DNA of 61,582 nucleotides, the filler included, from Piptocephalis cylindrospora (Eukaryota): assembly GCA_003614145.1 (NCBI GenBank). It is 4 parts of 4 records of this genome, joined end to end, with 100 filler letters (N's around TTAATTAATTAA, not from the genome) between each part and the next. Parts side by side here need not be neighbours in the genome. Positions count along the whole stretch, not along the records: positions 1 to 15,464 come from KZ987897.1; 3 more parts are not named here. One strand, written 5' to 3'. Both the position numbers and the translations under genes were made by a program. The number at the start of each line of letters is the position of its first letter. The stretch's first letter is position 1. Under the pieces are notes generated by a model. It saw only the letters and a program-made list of their open reading frames with translations. It was not told the origin of the DNA and did no database searches. Positions 1 to 11,604 of the stretch are shown here, in pieces.

Positions 1-1
1 G

Positions 2-361
2 TCCGCCACGGTTCATCATCTAGGTCTCTATCGCGATTCCCACTCCTTGGCCCCCATCGAGTACTACAACAAACTCCCCGCCAGCCCCACCCACTCGCTC
101 TACATAGTCCTGGACCCCATGGTTGCCACCGGTGGAACCGCCACTGCCGTCCTTGCCATCCTCAAGGACTGGGGCGTTACCCGTGTCAAGCTCGTTGCTG
201 TATGCGCCTCCAAGAAGTCCCTTGAATCCCTCCAAAACCAGTTCCCCGAGGCTCAGGTCTACGTTGGTGTCGTCGACGAGACCCTGAATGATCAAGGCTA
301 CGTTGTCCCTGGCATCGGCGATTCTGGGGACCGTTTGTACAATACTCCTCATGTCGAGTAG
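2..361 (+). CDS. Uracil phosphoribosyltransferase, 3' part (5' end outside window)
   Basis: Frame is open from the window edge: HHLGLYRD..PIEYYNKLP, PRPP-binding VLDPMVATGGT, C-terminal GYVVPGIGDSGDRLY. Confidence 0.92.
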   Translation, partial: SATVHHLGLYRDSHSLAPIEYYNKLPASPTHSLYIVLDPMVATGGTATAVLAILKDWGVTRVKLVAVCASKKSLESLQNQFPEAQVYVGVVDETLNDQGYVVPGIGDSGDRLYNTPHVE

Positions 362-578
362 TCTATCTCTTTCTCCCTATCCTTTTCTAGAGAGGCGGGG
401 AACGAGAGGGGGGGAAAAGAGCAATAAAAATGATGTGTGCAATCCTGCCTTTATATCCTTGGCTCAGGGCATCATCATAAACAATAACAACACGTCACGC
501 TCTTGGTACTCGATACATCGACATGCGGCAGTCGCCTCCCTCTCCCTCCCTCACCTCTTCCCACGAAGACACCCACAC

Positions 579-3500
579 CTATGTAGCTGAGGGGCCGCCC
601 CCACCAGCCGGAGACCCTGAGTTGGCTTGAGGCGCGGCAGCAGCCTGTTGTTGCCCCTGGCGTTGGAGTAAGAGCTGGAGCTGTTGCACAGTCTGGGGAG
701 GCATAGCCGCTCGGAGCCTCTGGAAGAGCATGGCCTTTTGCTCCGGCGTACCCTGCGCCATTTGTCGAGCCAACGATTGCATCATCGCAACATGCTGCAA
801 ATTTCCTTGTCCACCGCCTGGTCCTTGTCCGGGAACCATAGGTGATCCTCCTCCTCCTGGGGCCATCGTAGGAGGCATGACCGGAGATCCTTGAGGGGGT
901 CCAGAGTGCCCCAAGGGCCCACCTGGCATCATCTGAGGAGACATCATCTGAGGAGACATAGCCTGTGCCCCAGACATGGCCTGCGCCCTAGACATTACCT
1001 GGGGAGACATGCCCTGAGAAGTCATCACCTGCGGAGACATGCCATGCTGACCGAACGGAACCTGAGCAGCCTGGGAAGACGCACGTTGGGCTGCTTGCTG
1101 TTGCTGCTGTTGTTGCTGTTGTAGCATTTGTCGCTGCTGCTGCTGTTGCAAGAGATGAAGCTGCTGCTGGATGTGCAGTTGCTGCTGAGTGGGATTGGGG
1201 GTCCCAGGAACCCCACTCCCGGGCGCTGACCCTACCCCGCTGACCCCTCCCCCTCCTTGGGATTGAGCTTGAGCTTGAGCCTGGGCCATTTGTCTGGCGT
1301 AAATCATCGCCTTGAGCTGCTCAGCCAACTGGGGAGTCAAGACCATTCCATTGGGTAAAACCCCTCCAATCGGTGTGCCAGCCACCCCAGAGGCCGTAGG
1401 TCCTGGGGCACTTGTTCCACCGGCCGTTGCCGCCGATACCCCTACTGTGGGCCCCGAAGTCCCAGGTGGAGTGGGTGCCGAGGACGGAGTCCCGGGGGCT
1501 GGCTGACCTGGCTGACCGGGCCCAGGCTGGCCAGAAGGCACGGATCCAGACTGTTGCGCCTGTAGGATCCTTTGTTGCTGGAGCAAAGCATGCTGCCGTC
1601 GTTCGTTCACCAGGAGCGTCTGATGCTGCCGATCGATAATTTGGACGATACGGTCTTGGGAAAACGTCGAGAGTTGTTCCCGCTGCGCTGCGTTCAAAGA
1701 AAGCCACGTATGACCCAGGATGAGTCTTTGGAGCTGGGCAAGTCCCTGAAGCATCCGAGGTGGCACAGTCTCCAGGGCCGTCATGGCCGCAGGGATGTTA
1801 ATTGAGGGCATAGGCACGGCCGGGGATGCTCGCATCCCCCCTTCCGGAGCTCCGACTGACCCTGCACGTGAGGCTGCTGGTGGTGGAGTGGCCGTGACCC
1901 TTCCGGGTTGAGATGTGACCGGGGCAGGGGATGGACTTTGCATCGAAGGGGCCCTTTCTCCCCCAATGCTTGGTGGTACCTGTTGCTGCGACTGTTGTTG
2001 TTGTTGTTGCTGCTGCTGTTGTTGGTGTTGGAGTTGCTGCTGTAATTGCCGTTGCATCGCTTGTTGCCTCATCAACATATGGTGCTGTTGGAGCCGAAGG
2101 ATCTGTTGCTGGATCAGGCCAGGGGGAAAGCCAGACCCGGCGGGTCCTCCAGCTGCGGCTTGAGCCTGTAGATGAGCAAGCTGTTGTGGGTTCATGTTCT
2201 ATTCAGTGGAATTTAGTAAAGGCTGAATGCAAAGATGGCCAGGGCAAAGTAACCCTCTCGCCTCTCCGAGGTAATATCACTTACCGCCATCAATTCCATT
2301 AAACGCTGTTGAGCCTGTGGGTTTACCATAGGTCCTCCTCCAGGAACTTCCAGGTTCGGACGACCTTGTGACATCTGAGGTGCTCCTCCGGATCCTGGGA
2401 CTGGAGAGGGATGGGGTTGCTGAAGGGCCAGCCCTTGGGGAGCAGGGGATCCCATGGGACCAGGAGAGGCAAAGGGGGCCGAAGTGGGCGTGGAAGGTAG
2501 GGGCGTGCTTCCAGTAGGGGCACTAACCCCCACAAGTTCAGCTGCCTGGGATCCAGAGGGAGCAATCTCCGTCGAGGCGGGAACAGCACCAGAGGAGGGA
2601 GTGCAGGTAGCGGCGGAAGGGATGGGACTGAGTACCCCATCCTTCCCAACCCCCTCCCCTCGGCCGACCCCCCCCTTTTTGGGGCCCTTGGTCGGAATCT
2701 CGCTGATTGTGTCCTGCTCTTCTTTGGCTGCTGCCACTGCTGTCTTTGCAGTCGATGATTTGGACGCCTTGGTTCCGCCCTTGCCACCTTTGCCCCCGGC
2801 GCCCTTGCCTGCTTTTCCCGTTTCTGCAGATCCCTCGGCCTTGGTCTCTGTCCCGGGGGTTGATCCAACCCCCGTAGCCTTTTTCTTCCTCGCCCCCCCA
2901 CCCGCTCCACTAGCCGATCTCTTGACTCCTCCTCCACCCTTGCCACCCCTCCCCTTGGCACCTGATCCGGCTGGGGAAGAGGGCTCTTTGCCGGTTTTGG
3001 TGATCGAGGGGGCCTGAGGGGGACTTGCAATGGCGCCATCCCCTTCCGCCACCACTGGAGATGGGAGGGTGGGGAGAGATACGGTATTCCCTGCCCCGGC
3101 CTGGGAAGCGATACCACTAGGGGCGAGGGACTGGGCTAAGGCTTGGGCCTGAGCTTGTGCAGAGGCCGGCTGCAGGGACGAGGGCATCCCAAGGGCATTT
3201 TCAAAGGTGGGACGATTGTCTTGTTGGTAGAACCACTTAAAGTTACGGACATACGCTTTGAGCTGCTCTTCATCTCCGATTGGAAACCTGTCGGGGCAAG
3301 GTGTTTAGAGAATCCGAAAAAATAAGACATTTTCTCTTCCTCCTCCACTCTCTTTACTTACTTGATGGATCCCCCTCCAATGGCCGTGTCATAAGTTTTT
3401 CCCCACCGAAAAAGCCCTTCGTATAGCCTCCTTGAATGCAGTTCATACACGTTGACCAAGGTGTACGTCTTGTTTCCTGTATATGGAAATGGGAAGGGAG

Positions 3501-4791
3501 TAAGAAGGGAAAAAATAATCGTCCTCCTCATGATCTTGATCTTACCTTCAGACCCACGTTCGTACCTTAGGGTAAGAACAAGTTTCCTGCCCTCACCTAC
3601 TAAATTTCCCGAGTCTGCTAAAGGTCGTGGGGCTAAGAGGCGCGACGAGAGGAGTTAGACTAGTTGAGACCAAAGGCTGTTCATCTTGCCCATTCACACC
3701 TACCCTGTGATTTTCGAGAGTCTAGACTGGCAACATAGGAGGCATCAGCCCTCTCCCGCTTTCTTCTCCATTCTTCCACAAAAGCACATCGTTCAAACCT
3801 ATGGGGGGGAGCAGATGGATTGGGTTAAAATGAGTTAATAACAAATGTAATCATAGCCACCTTTAGGAATCCAAACAAGGCGAGAAACGTACGCAGGCAT
3901 CTTTACAGGACCAGCACGGGCCTCATCCATCATGAGCATAAACTCCTGATCCTCTTTTCTGGCTTGGTTTCTCTCTTCCTCCTCCAGTTCATCCTCTTCC
4001 CCAGCCTCTTCTTCTTTTCTCCTCCAGCCGGCATCTTCCATGGCTGATGTGGGCGTCTCCATGACTTCATCCTTCTTGCTCGGGTACCGAAGAGCATACT
4101 TTGCTCTTTCTAGGGCATTGGCCACCCGGCTGACATGCACTGATGGATCCAGGCATAGTGGATCCTCTGTGGCGAGCTATTGGAAAAATAAGAGGAAGGA
4201 TGGATAAGCGATCTATGGCACTCTTTTCGTCAATCCGAGTTTACATTTCCCTATATCTCATCTCACTTACCATGATACGTCCCTCTAGTTCATGTAAGAC
4301 GTCAATCCCCCAATTGCCGCCATGCTGTTCGTTAAGGCGGCAAAGGTCGGCCCTGACAGAGTCAGCAGTTGGATGCAGGAGGATACGATTGATGCGAACA
4401 TCCTGATCCGAGGATGTGGAGGAGGATCTCCTTTCCCCTTGGTTTTTTTTTCTGGGTCGGTGATCGTGTAGCTCAACGATGAGTCGGCCTGGGGGATGAG
4501 AAAGAACGTGTGAGGATCATTGGGGCAGGCAATATCCAGTCCGTAGCAGTAGTAATATCAGCACCATTGCTTACCTTCATAGTAGGAGCACTTGAAATCC
4601 TCAAAGATATCGGTGAGCTCCGGGGGAATCTCCCGTGAGTAGAGACATTCGAGGAAATGGCGCATGGGCCCTGTGTACATGTACATCGTGTCAAGACGAT
4701 CGAACTTGAAGTGCTGGTGGTAAAAGTGTAGGATGAGTGAGGGGCGGGAAGCTTCGTGCTTCTTGAGAAAGGCCCCATCAGTCAGCATCAT
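579..4791 (-). CDS. SPT20: SAGA complex subunit Spt20-like protein, multi-exon, with long G/P/Q-rich C-terminus
   Basis: N-terminal SLILHFY..FLECLYSREIPPELTDIFEDFKCSYYEG spliced to RLIVELHDHR..RILLHPT resembles the Spt20 SEP domain. A GT-AG intron at 2199-2284 joins the ORFs 2213-3187 and 579-2195. Middle exons were not all traced. Confidence 0.75.
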
Positions 4792-5639
4792 CTCGGTGAA
4801 AGCTGGGGAAGAAAAGTTGACGCAATGGGCTGACGGCTGCTATCACAACAAACTTTCCGGCTTGAAGTAAAAGTGGTGTTCCTGATGATGGATATGATGT
4901 CTGCAGAGAAAGAGCGGGCGGGTATAGTAGGGATCCGCAGGAGACGACAGGTGGAGAAGGGATGGAGCAGGGATGGTCTGAGAGATGAGAGTAAGGAGGG
5001 ACAGGGAAACTCAGTGGCCAACGACAACTACACACGCTGGGAGAAGGAGGGAAAGTGAGTGCAAGGCGGAGCGGTGGGAGATAAACAGATGGAGCCTTGA
5101 TGGTGAAGGGGTGTGCAGTTTCTGACCAAGCTGGAGGGAGATTTATCCTAATGCCCTAAACAACATAGTTGGAGTATTATGGAAAAAATTCTACATATCC
5201 TTTCGGCAAGACATCAGGAAGGATCATCTTATCAACTTGAGCTCATACCCAAGTGGAATAACTTTTTGACAATCCTTTAGGGACGACCCTTCAATGGATC
5301 ATCATATCAATGAAGAACGAACGAGGACAGCATGGAATCAGCTGATGGATGATCAGTATATCAAAGTGTAACCATGCTTGATACGAGGATGATGATCGCT
5401 ATCGTCAAATGCATGGTAGCCATTTAAGCGAGTACTATGTTTAGATATCCATCAGGCTGTCTCACTGAAGGATAATAGAGTAACTTTATCATCGTTGCTG
5501 TTCATAATAACCTGAATGAAGAAAATGCATTCATTGATCATCAGAAATCTCATGGGAAAGATTGGTTTGCGATCTAAAGTGTAAGGCACCAGCTGCAGTC
5601 ATGGATATGCATCGCATGAGTAAAATCGATCCAGACACA

Positions 5640-7971
5640 CTAACGGGAAGAAAGAAGGGAGCGAGAGGTAATGAGACGCATAATCTCATTGGTCCCCTCC
5701 AGGATCCGATGAACACGGGAATCGCGGAGGTACTGTTGGACCTTGTAATCCTTTAGGTAGCCATATCCGCCGTGAAGTTGCAGTCCCTGATCACAGATCT
5801 AGATGAGACGGGGTACACAAAGAGTAAGTTTTAACTCTCCCTTATCCCAATATTGCTTTATTGTCACCGAAAAGAATGTTTACTGACCTGGTAGCACGCT
5901 TCGGTAGCTTGAACCTTGGCCTAGATGTAAAGAAGGGGAGAGGGGGAGTTGAAAGGATGAGAGGGGGGGAGGAAGGGAGGTTGGATCGAAAGATTCAAGC
6001 ATCCTTGTAGTTAACTGACCATAGCACAATATGTGGTGGCTAGGGGGGAGGACGCATCCATGAGACGTGCGGCCTCTCGGACCATGAGACGAGAAGAGTT
6101 CAGGGCAATGGCCATATCAGCCATGGTAAATTGAGTGTTCTGCAACCGATTGGGTGTGTAGGTAGGATCATGAGAGCATGGTCTTTCCCAGCTAGAGTAT
6201 TCCTTTCCTCTTTATTTGTTTACGCAAGAATAAAAAACTGACCTGGAAAGAAGAGATGGCCTTGCCAAATTGCTGACGGTCCGAGGTGTAATCTAAGGTG
6301 GTTTCCAGGGTGGCTTGAGCGGCGCCCAGACTGCAAGCGCCTATATGGGGGCGATAAGGATGAGTGGGGAAATTGAAGAAGATCCAATGCCGTATCTACA
6401 TACCGATGTTGATTCTCCCACCATCAAGACCCATCATGGCAATCTTAAACCCTTGACCCTCGCCGCCTAAGAGATTGGCTGCAGGGATGCGACAGTCCTC
6501 CATGATGACGGCTAAGAGAAATAAAGAGGTAGTGGTGAATAAGAGTCATAAGGGAGGGGACGCTGCTTGAAGGGGGACGACTCACCTCGAGTGGGTTGAG
6601 AATTCCAGCCGAGCTAAGTGGTGATGAGACTATAGTGAGGCTTCGTAGATGGGAATTGAAACCATTTTTAAATCTACCTTGTCTTCCTTTTTACCAAAGG
6701 ACAGGCCCGGAGAATCCTTTTCAACGATAAAGCACGATATTCCCTTTGGACCTATTCACGATGGTGTGAGTAACGATGTGATGAAAGGGGCAAGCTTAAG
6801 TAAAGGGGCCTAATGGCTCCCCCTCTTCTTTTTACCAGCTTCTCCTGTACGGGCCATGATCACATAGACATCGGAAAAGCCTCCACCCGAGATAAAAGCC
6901 TAAGCGGAAGGGTCGTTAGTAATAATACACCTTTGATACATTCCGCCATCTTCTGTTGTTTCTACCTTAGATCCATTTAGGATATACTCATCCCCTTTAA
7001 GTACAGCAGTGGTACGAAGGGAGGAAGCATCAGAACCGGCGCCAGGCTCAGTGAGGCAGTAAGAGGCCAGATGGTTCATAGAGGCCAGGTCTGGAACGTA
7101 TTGCTTTCGTTGCTTCTCGTTTCCAAAGGTGTCGATCATCCATACAGCCATACTGTAAGATCAAGGTGATTAGTTGGTTAGTTAGTTAGGGAAGGGCGTG
7201 GAGAGGGTGTTTCAAACGTAAATTTCTTACTTGTGAATACTAATATAGGCGGTGGTAGAGACACAGCCAGTAGCCAACGCTTCAAATATAAGGGTGGCTT
7301 CCAAGCGGCCTAGGGAGTAGGAGAAATGAATGAGGGAAGTGGGATGGGGTGGGACGGAGGCTATGAAGACGAGACAAGCTTACCCAATTCGGCTCCTCCC
7401 ACGTCCTCCTTTAAGTACACGCCTCCTAATGGGAGGAATAAGAGGGTGATTAGATGTATGGGCTCATTTCCAATCACATCTTGTGTCCTTACCAAATCCA
7501 AGTTCGCCCCCTTTCCTCAGCACATCCATCGGCAATGATCCCGCGATATCCCACTAGAGGAGGAAGAGTGAGGTTGTTGCGGAAAAAGGGGGTGGATGGC
7601 TTTACTGTGTCTACAAACCTCCTGCATCTTTGGCGCCATTTCCTTATCAGCAAAATCTCTGGCCATGGCATAGATGGAGCTTTGCTCCTCTAGTGAAGGA
7701 TGATAAGTAGGTTTAGTAAGTATCATACGGGGAGGAGAAGTAAAATGGTATATCCGCATTTACCATCGAGTCCAACAGTGGCTATAGGAGTAATGAAGTG
7801 AAGTGAGCGATCGTGTGTACAATTTGACGATTTTTTCTCGATAAAAAATTAGAGTAACTCACGGTCAATGGGGCTTGCTTGAGCCTGATAGAAGCGCGTT
7901 GACTGATACCTAATAGGAAGGGCCTTTGCTTGACGGGCCATACGGGCAAGGTAGGTTGTACGGGATAGCAT
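5640..7971 (-). CDS. ACAD8: Mitochondrial acyl-CoA dehydrogenase, isobutyryl-CoA dehydrogenase (ACAD8)-like; 15 exons by manual splicing
   Basis: Arg-rich presequence [13 protein letters not shown]; motifs [56 protein letters not shown]; all introns GT-AG. Confidence 0.92.
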
Positions 7972-8300
7972 AGTGATGGGTAAAGGAGAGGCTGGGGGAA
8001 AAGGTGAAGGAAGGGGAGAGAGAGAGAGAGAGAGGGTATTGAGGGCGGTAAGGAAAGGGCGTGGGAGAAAAGGCGAATCTAACGCATCTTTTATACACAC
8101 ATCCCTATTGCGGTTTTGACGGCTAGTATGTCCTGACGCCGTGGGAGTACTCAGCTCGCTGAGCTGAGATTCATGTGTCATGTGTTTACCGTAGTGGATA
8201 AATCTGGTGGTATTGGAAATACGCATTCTCTAATGTCTTGCCGACCATTCATATTGCGCCTTACACTGTATCCGTGGAGGGACCATCCACATACCCATGC

Positions 8301-8317
8301 GGCGTCTAACACTAGAG
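8301..8317 (+). repeat. 17-bp direct repeat, copy 1 (GGCGTCTAACACTAGAG); candidate target-site duplication
   Basis: Exact copy at 9699-9715. Confidence 0.85.
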
Positions 8318-8361
8318 GAAAATTGGCTTGCATTGTGTATATTTTACACACACACACACAC

Positions 8362-9133
8362 TCGTCCAGGGGAATGGAAGACTCAGATCCCCTTACGTCC
8401 TTCGCACACCTTACCCCTAGGGAGAACCGGGCTCCCGAGGCCCTACGCGATCGCTTCCTGGCCTTGCTTCCAGCTCACCAATTTGCAGATCATCCGATGA
8501 AGGAATACCGAGCTAGGGAAGGGAGGGAATACGTATTGAAAGATCTACCAAAGACCCAGCATAAATGGGATACAATATCGACGGATCCTCTCCCCCCCGC
8601 GTCCATTCATCACCCTGCCCTGATGCCCAAAATCTCATCACTACTGTGGAAGATTCACTACGGATCCCCATGGACGGCGATAAGGCTACACAGAGTCAAT
8701 GGCCATCCACCCTTCTGCCCCCGATGCCCTGAAGTGGAAGATGATATCGCATCGTTTCCTACACTGCTCCCCAGTCCACACCCTCTGGTCAAGAGTGATG
8801 GATACCTTTGAGGGGTCGCCTGAGCCTACTCCCGAGCTGACATTATTCCAGTGCAGAGGACTAAAGGGATACTCCTCACACGAAAGGATACTACTCCATG
8901 GATGTGCCATATGGGCTATCCATATAGCCCATACCCGAATGATCTTCTCTCCTGACCTGTCCTCAAATCTACCCAAGATGTGGGAGCATCTTGTACGCCG
9001 ATGCCTGGTGGCCAAAGCCAGGGCTGCGCGAATGCGTGGATCGGAACCTCGTTTTCGGTCCCGGTGGGCGCGGTTGATCCGAAGGAATTCTAGGGTGGAC
9101 TTAGTTCCGCCCTGGGCTCAAGAGGATCTCTAG
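8362..9133 (+). mobile_element. 5'-truncated non-LTR retrotransposon (L1/Tx1-like) ORF2 C-terminus with zf-RVT zinc knuckle, frameshifted
   Basis: PKISSLLWKIH..CPRCPEVEDD (ORF 8173-8811) continues in another frame as HRFLHCSPVHTLW..AIWAIH (ORF 8699-9133), giving a CxxC..H....C knuckle broken near 8750. Confidence 0.72.
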
Positions 9134-9277
9134 TGTGTGCTTTTTTCCGTAATTTCATAATATCTCAAATTCGGTGATCTTTTTTTGGCCAATACATTGC
9201 CTCTTTCTCTCTCTCCAGGGGAATGGAAGAGTGAGAGGGAGGGATCTGAATGGGGAAGGAAGGCAAAGGAGGGAAGC

Positions 9278-9589
9278 TTAACCGCCAAAGCCGTAGAGGG
9301 TACGGCCTTGGCGCTTGAGGGCGTAGACAACGTCGAGGGAGGTGACGGTCTTGCGCTTGGCATGCTCGGTGTAGGTAACGACATCACGGATGACATTCTC
9401 AAGGAAGAGCTTGAGGAAAACACGAGTCTGCACGTAGATGAAATCAGAGATACGCTTGACACCACCACGACGAGCGAGACGACGGATGGCAGGCTTGGTG
9501 ATGCCCTGGATGTTATCACGAAGAATCTTACGATGACGCTTGGCGCCTCCCTTTCCGAGACCCTTTCCTCCCTTTCCGCGGCTAGTCAT
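9278..9589 (-). CDS. HHF: Histone H4, divergent intronless copy
   Basis: 103 aa, [57 protein letters not shown], with about 8 non-canonical residues. Confidence 0.95.
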   Translation of the reverse strand: MTSRGKGGKGLGKGGAKRHRKILRDNIQGITKPAIRRLARRGGVKRISDFIYVQTRVFLKLFLENVIRDVVTYTEHAKRKTVTSLDVVYALKRQGRTLYGFGG

Positions 9590-9698
9590 GTTGAATTAAG
9601 ATAAAGTGGGGGGTGGTGGTGGGATGTGTTGTTGTGAGGATTCGCTTGGAGTAGCAAGACGAAAGAAAGAGGAGGAGAGAAGGAGAACGAGCAGAGGA

Positions 9699-9715
9699 GG
9701 CGTCTAACACTAGAG
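9699..9715 (+). repeat. 17-bp direct repeat, copy 2
   Basis: Identical to 8301-8317. Confidence 0.85.
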
Positions 9716-10102
9716 CAAGGGAGAATGCTCTTGAAATGTACGGGGCGGAGGAGTTGCAGGAGATGGAAAAAATAAAGATTTGCGAAAACAAAAGGCCAGG
9801 CCGTCATCCGCCTGCTTCAATCAATGTGCTTTACCCCATTGCGCCGTACCTCCACTTGATCGATAATGAAGAGCAGAACAGGATCGTGGGGAAAGGAGCT
9901 GGAGCTGTGTGATGGATGTCGACGGAGTGTGAAATCCCAAGGATATTGAGTGTAGGATGAAAGCAGCCAAGCGAGCAAGGTAAAAAGGGGTGAATGACGC
10001 ATCGTAATGATTTTCCTTGACACAAAGTGAACACATGGCTTTGGAAGATTTATTGTTCCTCTTGTCCTGTCTTGTCTTGTCTTTCTTTTCTTATCCTCAG
10101 AG

Positions 10103-11128
10103 ATGCCAAAACGACAACCCATGGCCTGGAGTCGTGTCTTGGATCTCCCAGTAGATGTCCTTCTTGTCGTCCTGCAATTCCTATCTCTACACGAAAAACT
10201 TCAAATGGCTAGGGCGTCCCCGTTTATACGGAAGCTCATTCAGCATACTCCTGGGGCGTTGCTGGTAGTGGAGGTGCCGAAAGAGTGGAAGGATTCGCGG
10301 GTGGCGACGGAGGATGGGTTTATGCTACGAGCCCTGGACTTGGACGGGATGGTCCGGTGTCTTTGGGTGACGGACCAGCACTATCCCGAAGGAAGCTTTA
10401 GCCATGTAATGAGGGTGTTCCATGCGGTGGAGGAGCTGGTGATCCAGCATTCAGCGTGGACGTCCAATTACTTTATCCGGACGATGCAGAGAACGGAGAC
10501 GAGGGGGATCACGCGATTACGCTTCCTCACTGACAAGGTTCTTACCCCGTTAGCCTTTGAAAGTCTGGTGCAGCAGGCCTTGGACTCCTTGGATGGATGC
10601 CCTCTCCAGGAGGTGACAGTGGGGACGGAACATGTGTGGAAGCGACCTAAATCTAAGCCTAAAGCGAGGAGCGACATCCTGACGGAGGCTCGGGAGAGGG
10701 ATAGATTGTGGCTCGAGGAGTACGAGACAAGACATGGTCTGAAGTTAGAGGTGTATTTGGACCAGTCCATAGATGAGACGGAGGCGGCAGTATCCTCTTC
10801 CCAAGGTTTGAATCCTCAAGCGGGGACCAGTGGCCAGAGTACCAGACATCTAGATCCATTGCGAGCCTATGTGAATCAGAGGAATGCACGGTATCAAAAC
10901 ATCTCAATCGGCAGGTTATCTATGGAAATGCCTCGCACCAATGAAGAAAGAGCCCGAATGATCGAGCACATTTGGGGAATTCTACCTCCGGATCCCGCTG
11001 GCCATCCGCCGGAAACGACACCCATTCGGGTGGGAAGTCGGTTCAGGATCAAAAGACGTCCTGGACCTTGGGCTCCTCATTCTTCAGTTTTACATACCAA
11101 GCCGTCTCGGAACCTCGAGGATTACTAG
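10103..11128 (+). CDS. F-box domain protein
   Basis: 341-aa ORF; N-terminal LDLPVDVLLVVLQFLSLHEKLQMARASPFIRKLI fits the F-box pattern. Confidence 0.7.
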   Translation: MPKRQPMAWSRVLDLPVDVLLVVLQFLSLHEKLQMARASPFIRKLIQHTPGALLVVEVPKEWKDSRVATEDGFMLRALDLDGMVRCLWVTDQHYPEGSFSHVMRVFHAVEELVIQHSAWTSNYFIRTMQRTETRGITRLRFLTDKVLTPLAFESLVQQALDSLDGCPLQEVTVGTEHVWKRPKSKPKARSDILTEARERDRLWLEEYETRHGLKLEVYLDQSIDETEAAVSSSQGLNPQAGTSGQSTRHLDPLRAYVNQRNARYQNISIGRLSMEMPRTNEERARMIEHIWGILPPDPAGHPPETTPIRVGSRFRIKRRPGPWAPHSSVLHTKPSRNLEDY

Positions 11129-11604
11129 AGGGAATGTCGAGAATTTGAGTTCTTCAAACAAGCTGACATCTCTCACTCTGGAGGATACCTGGTCATAGTT
11201 AATTCGGACTAGTGACGTGTTGGATTTGCGTGAATATGACTTTCATGTACTGGCGTATAGGGAAGGATTGAAAGGGGCAAATCCTTGTGTTCCTTGCAGT
11301 GTAAAGTTCATATATCTCTTGAGTGCACTCATGGGTTGTGCTGTATAGTTACAGTGATGTGGTACACTTGGAGTGAAAGCGCTAGTATGCAGGATAAATC
11401 TACATACTGCTGTCATTCAAATCACAGCAGTGACACTGCAACAGTCGCCCATGGTCCACCTGACCTCTCCGATTGGCCGGTCGTAGCTCCACTTGTCTAT
11501 ATAAGCTTGGTGCGTCTGAGCAAGATACTATTACCGGCGTTGATCGCATGACCATTTCCCTTCCTTTCCTGCTCATTCTTCCAACAATCCTGAGAACTAA
11601 GCCA

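Noticed and set aside
8150..8168. Hairpin CTCAGCTC-GCT-GAGCTGAG as a possible Helitron end
   Set aside because: No CTRR terminus at the expected distance
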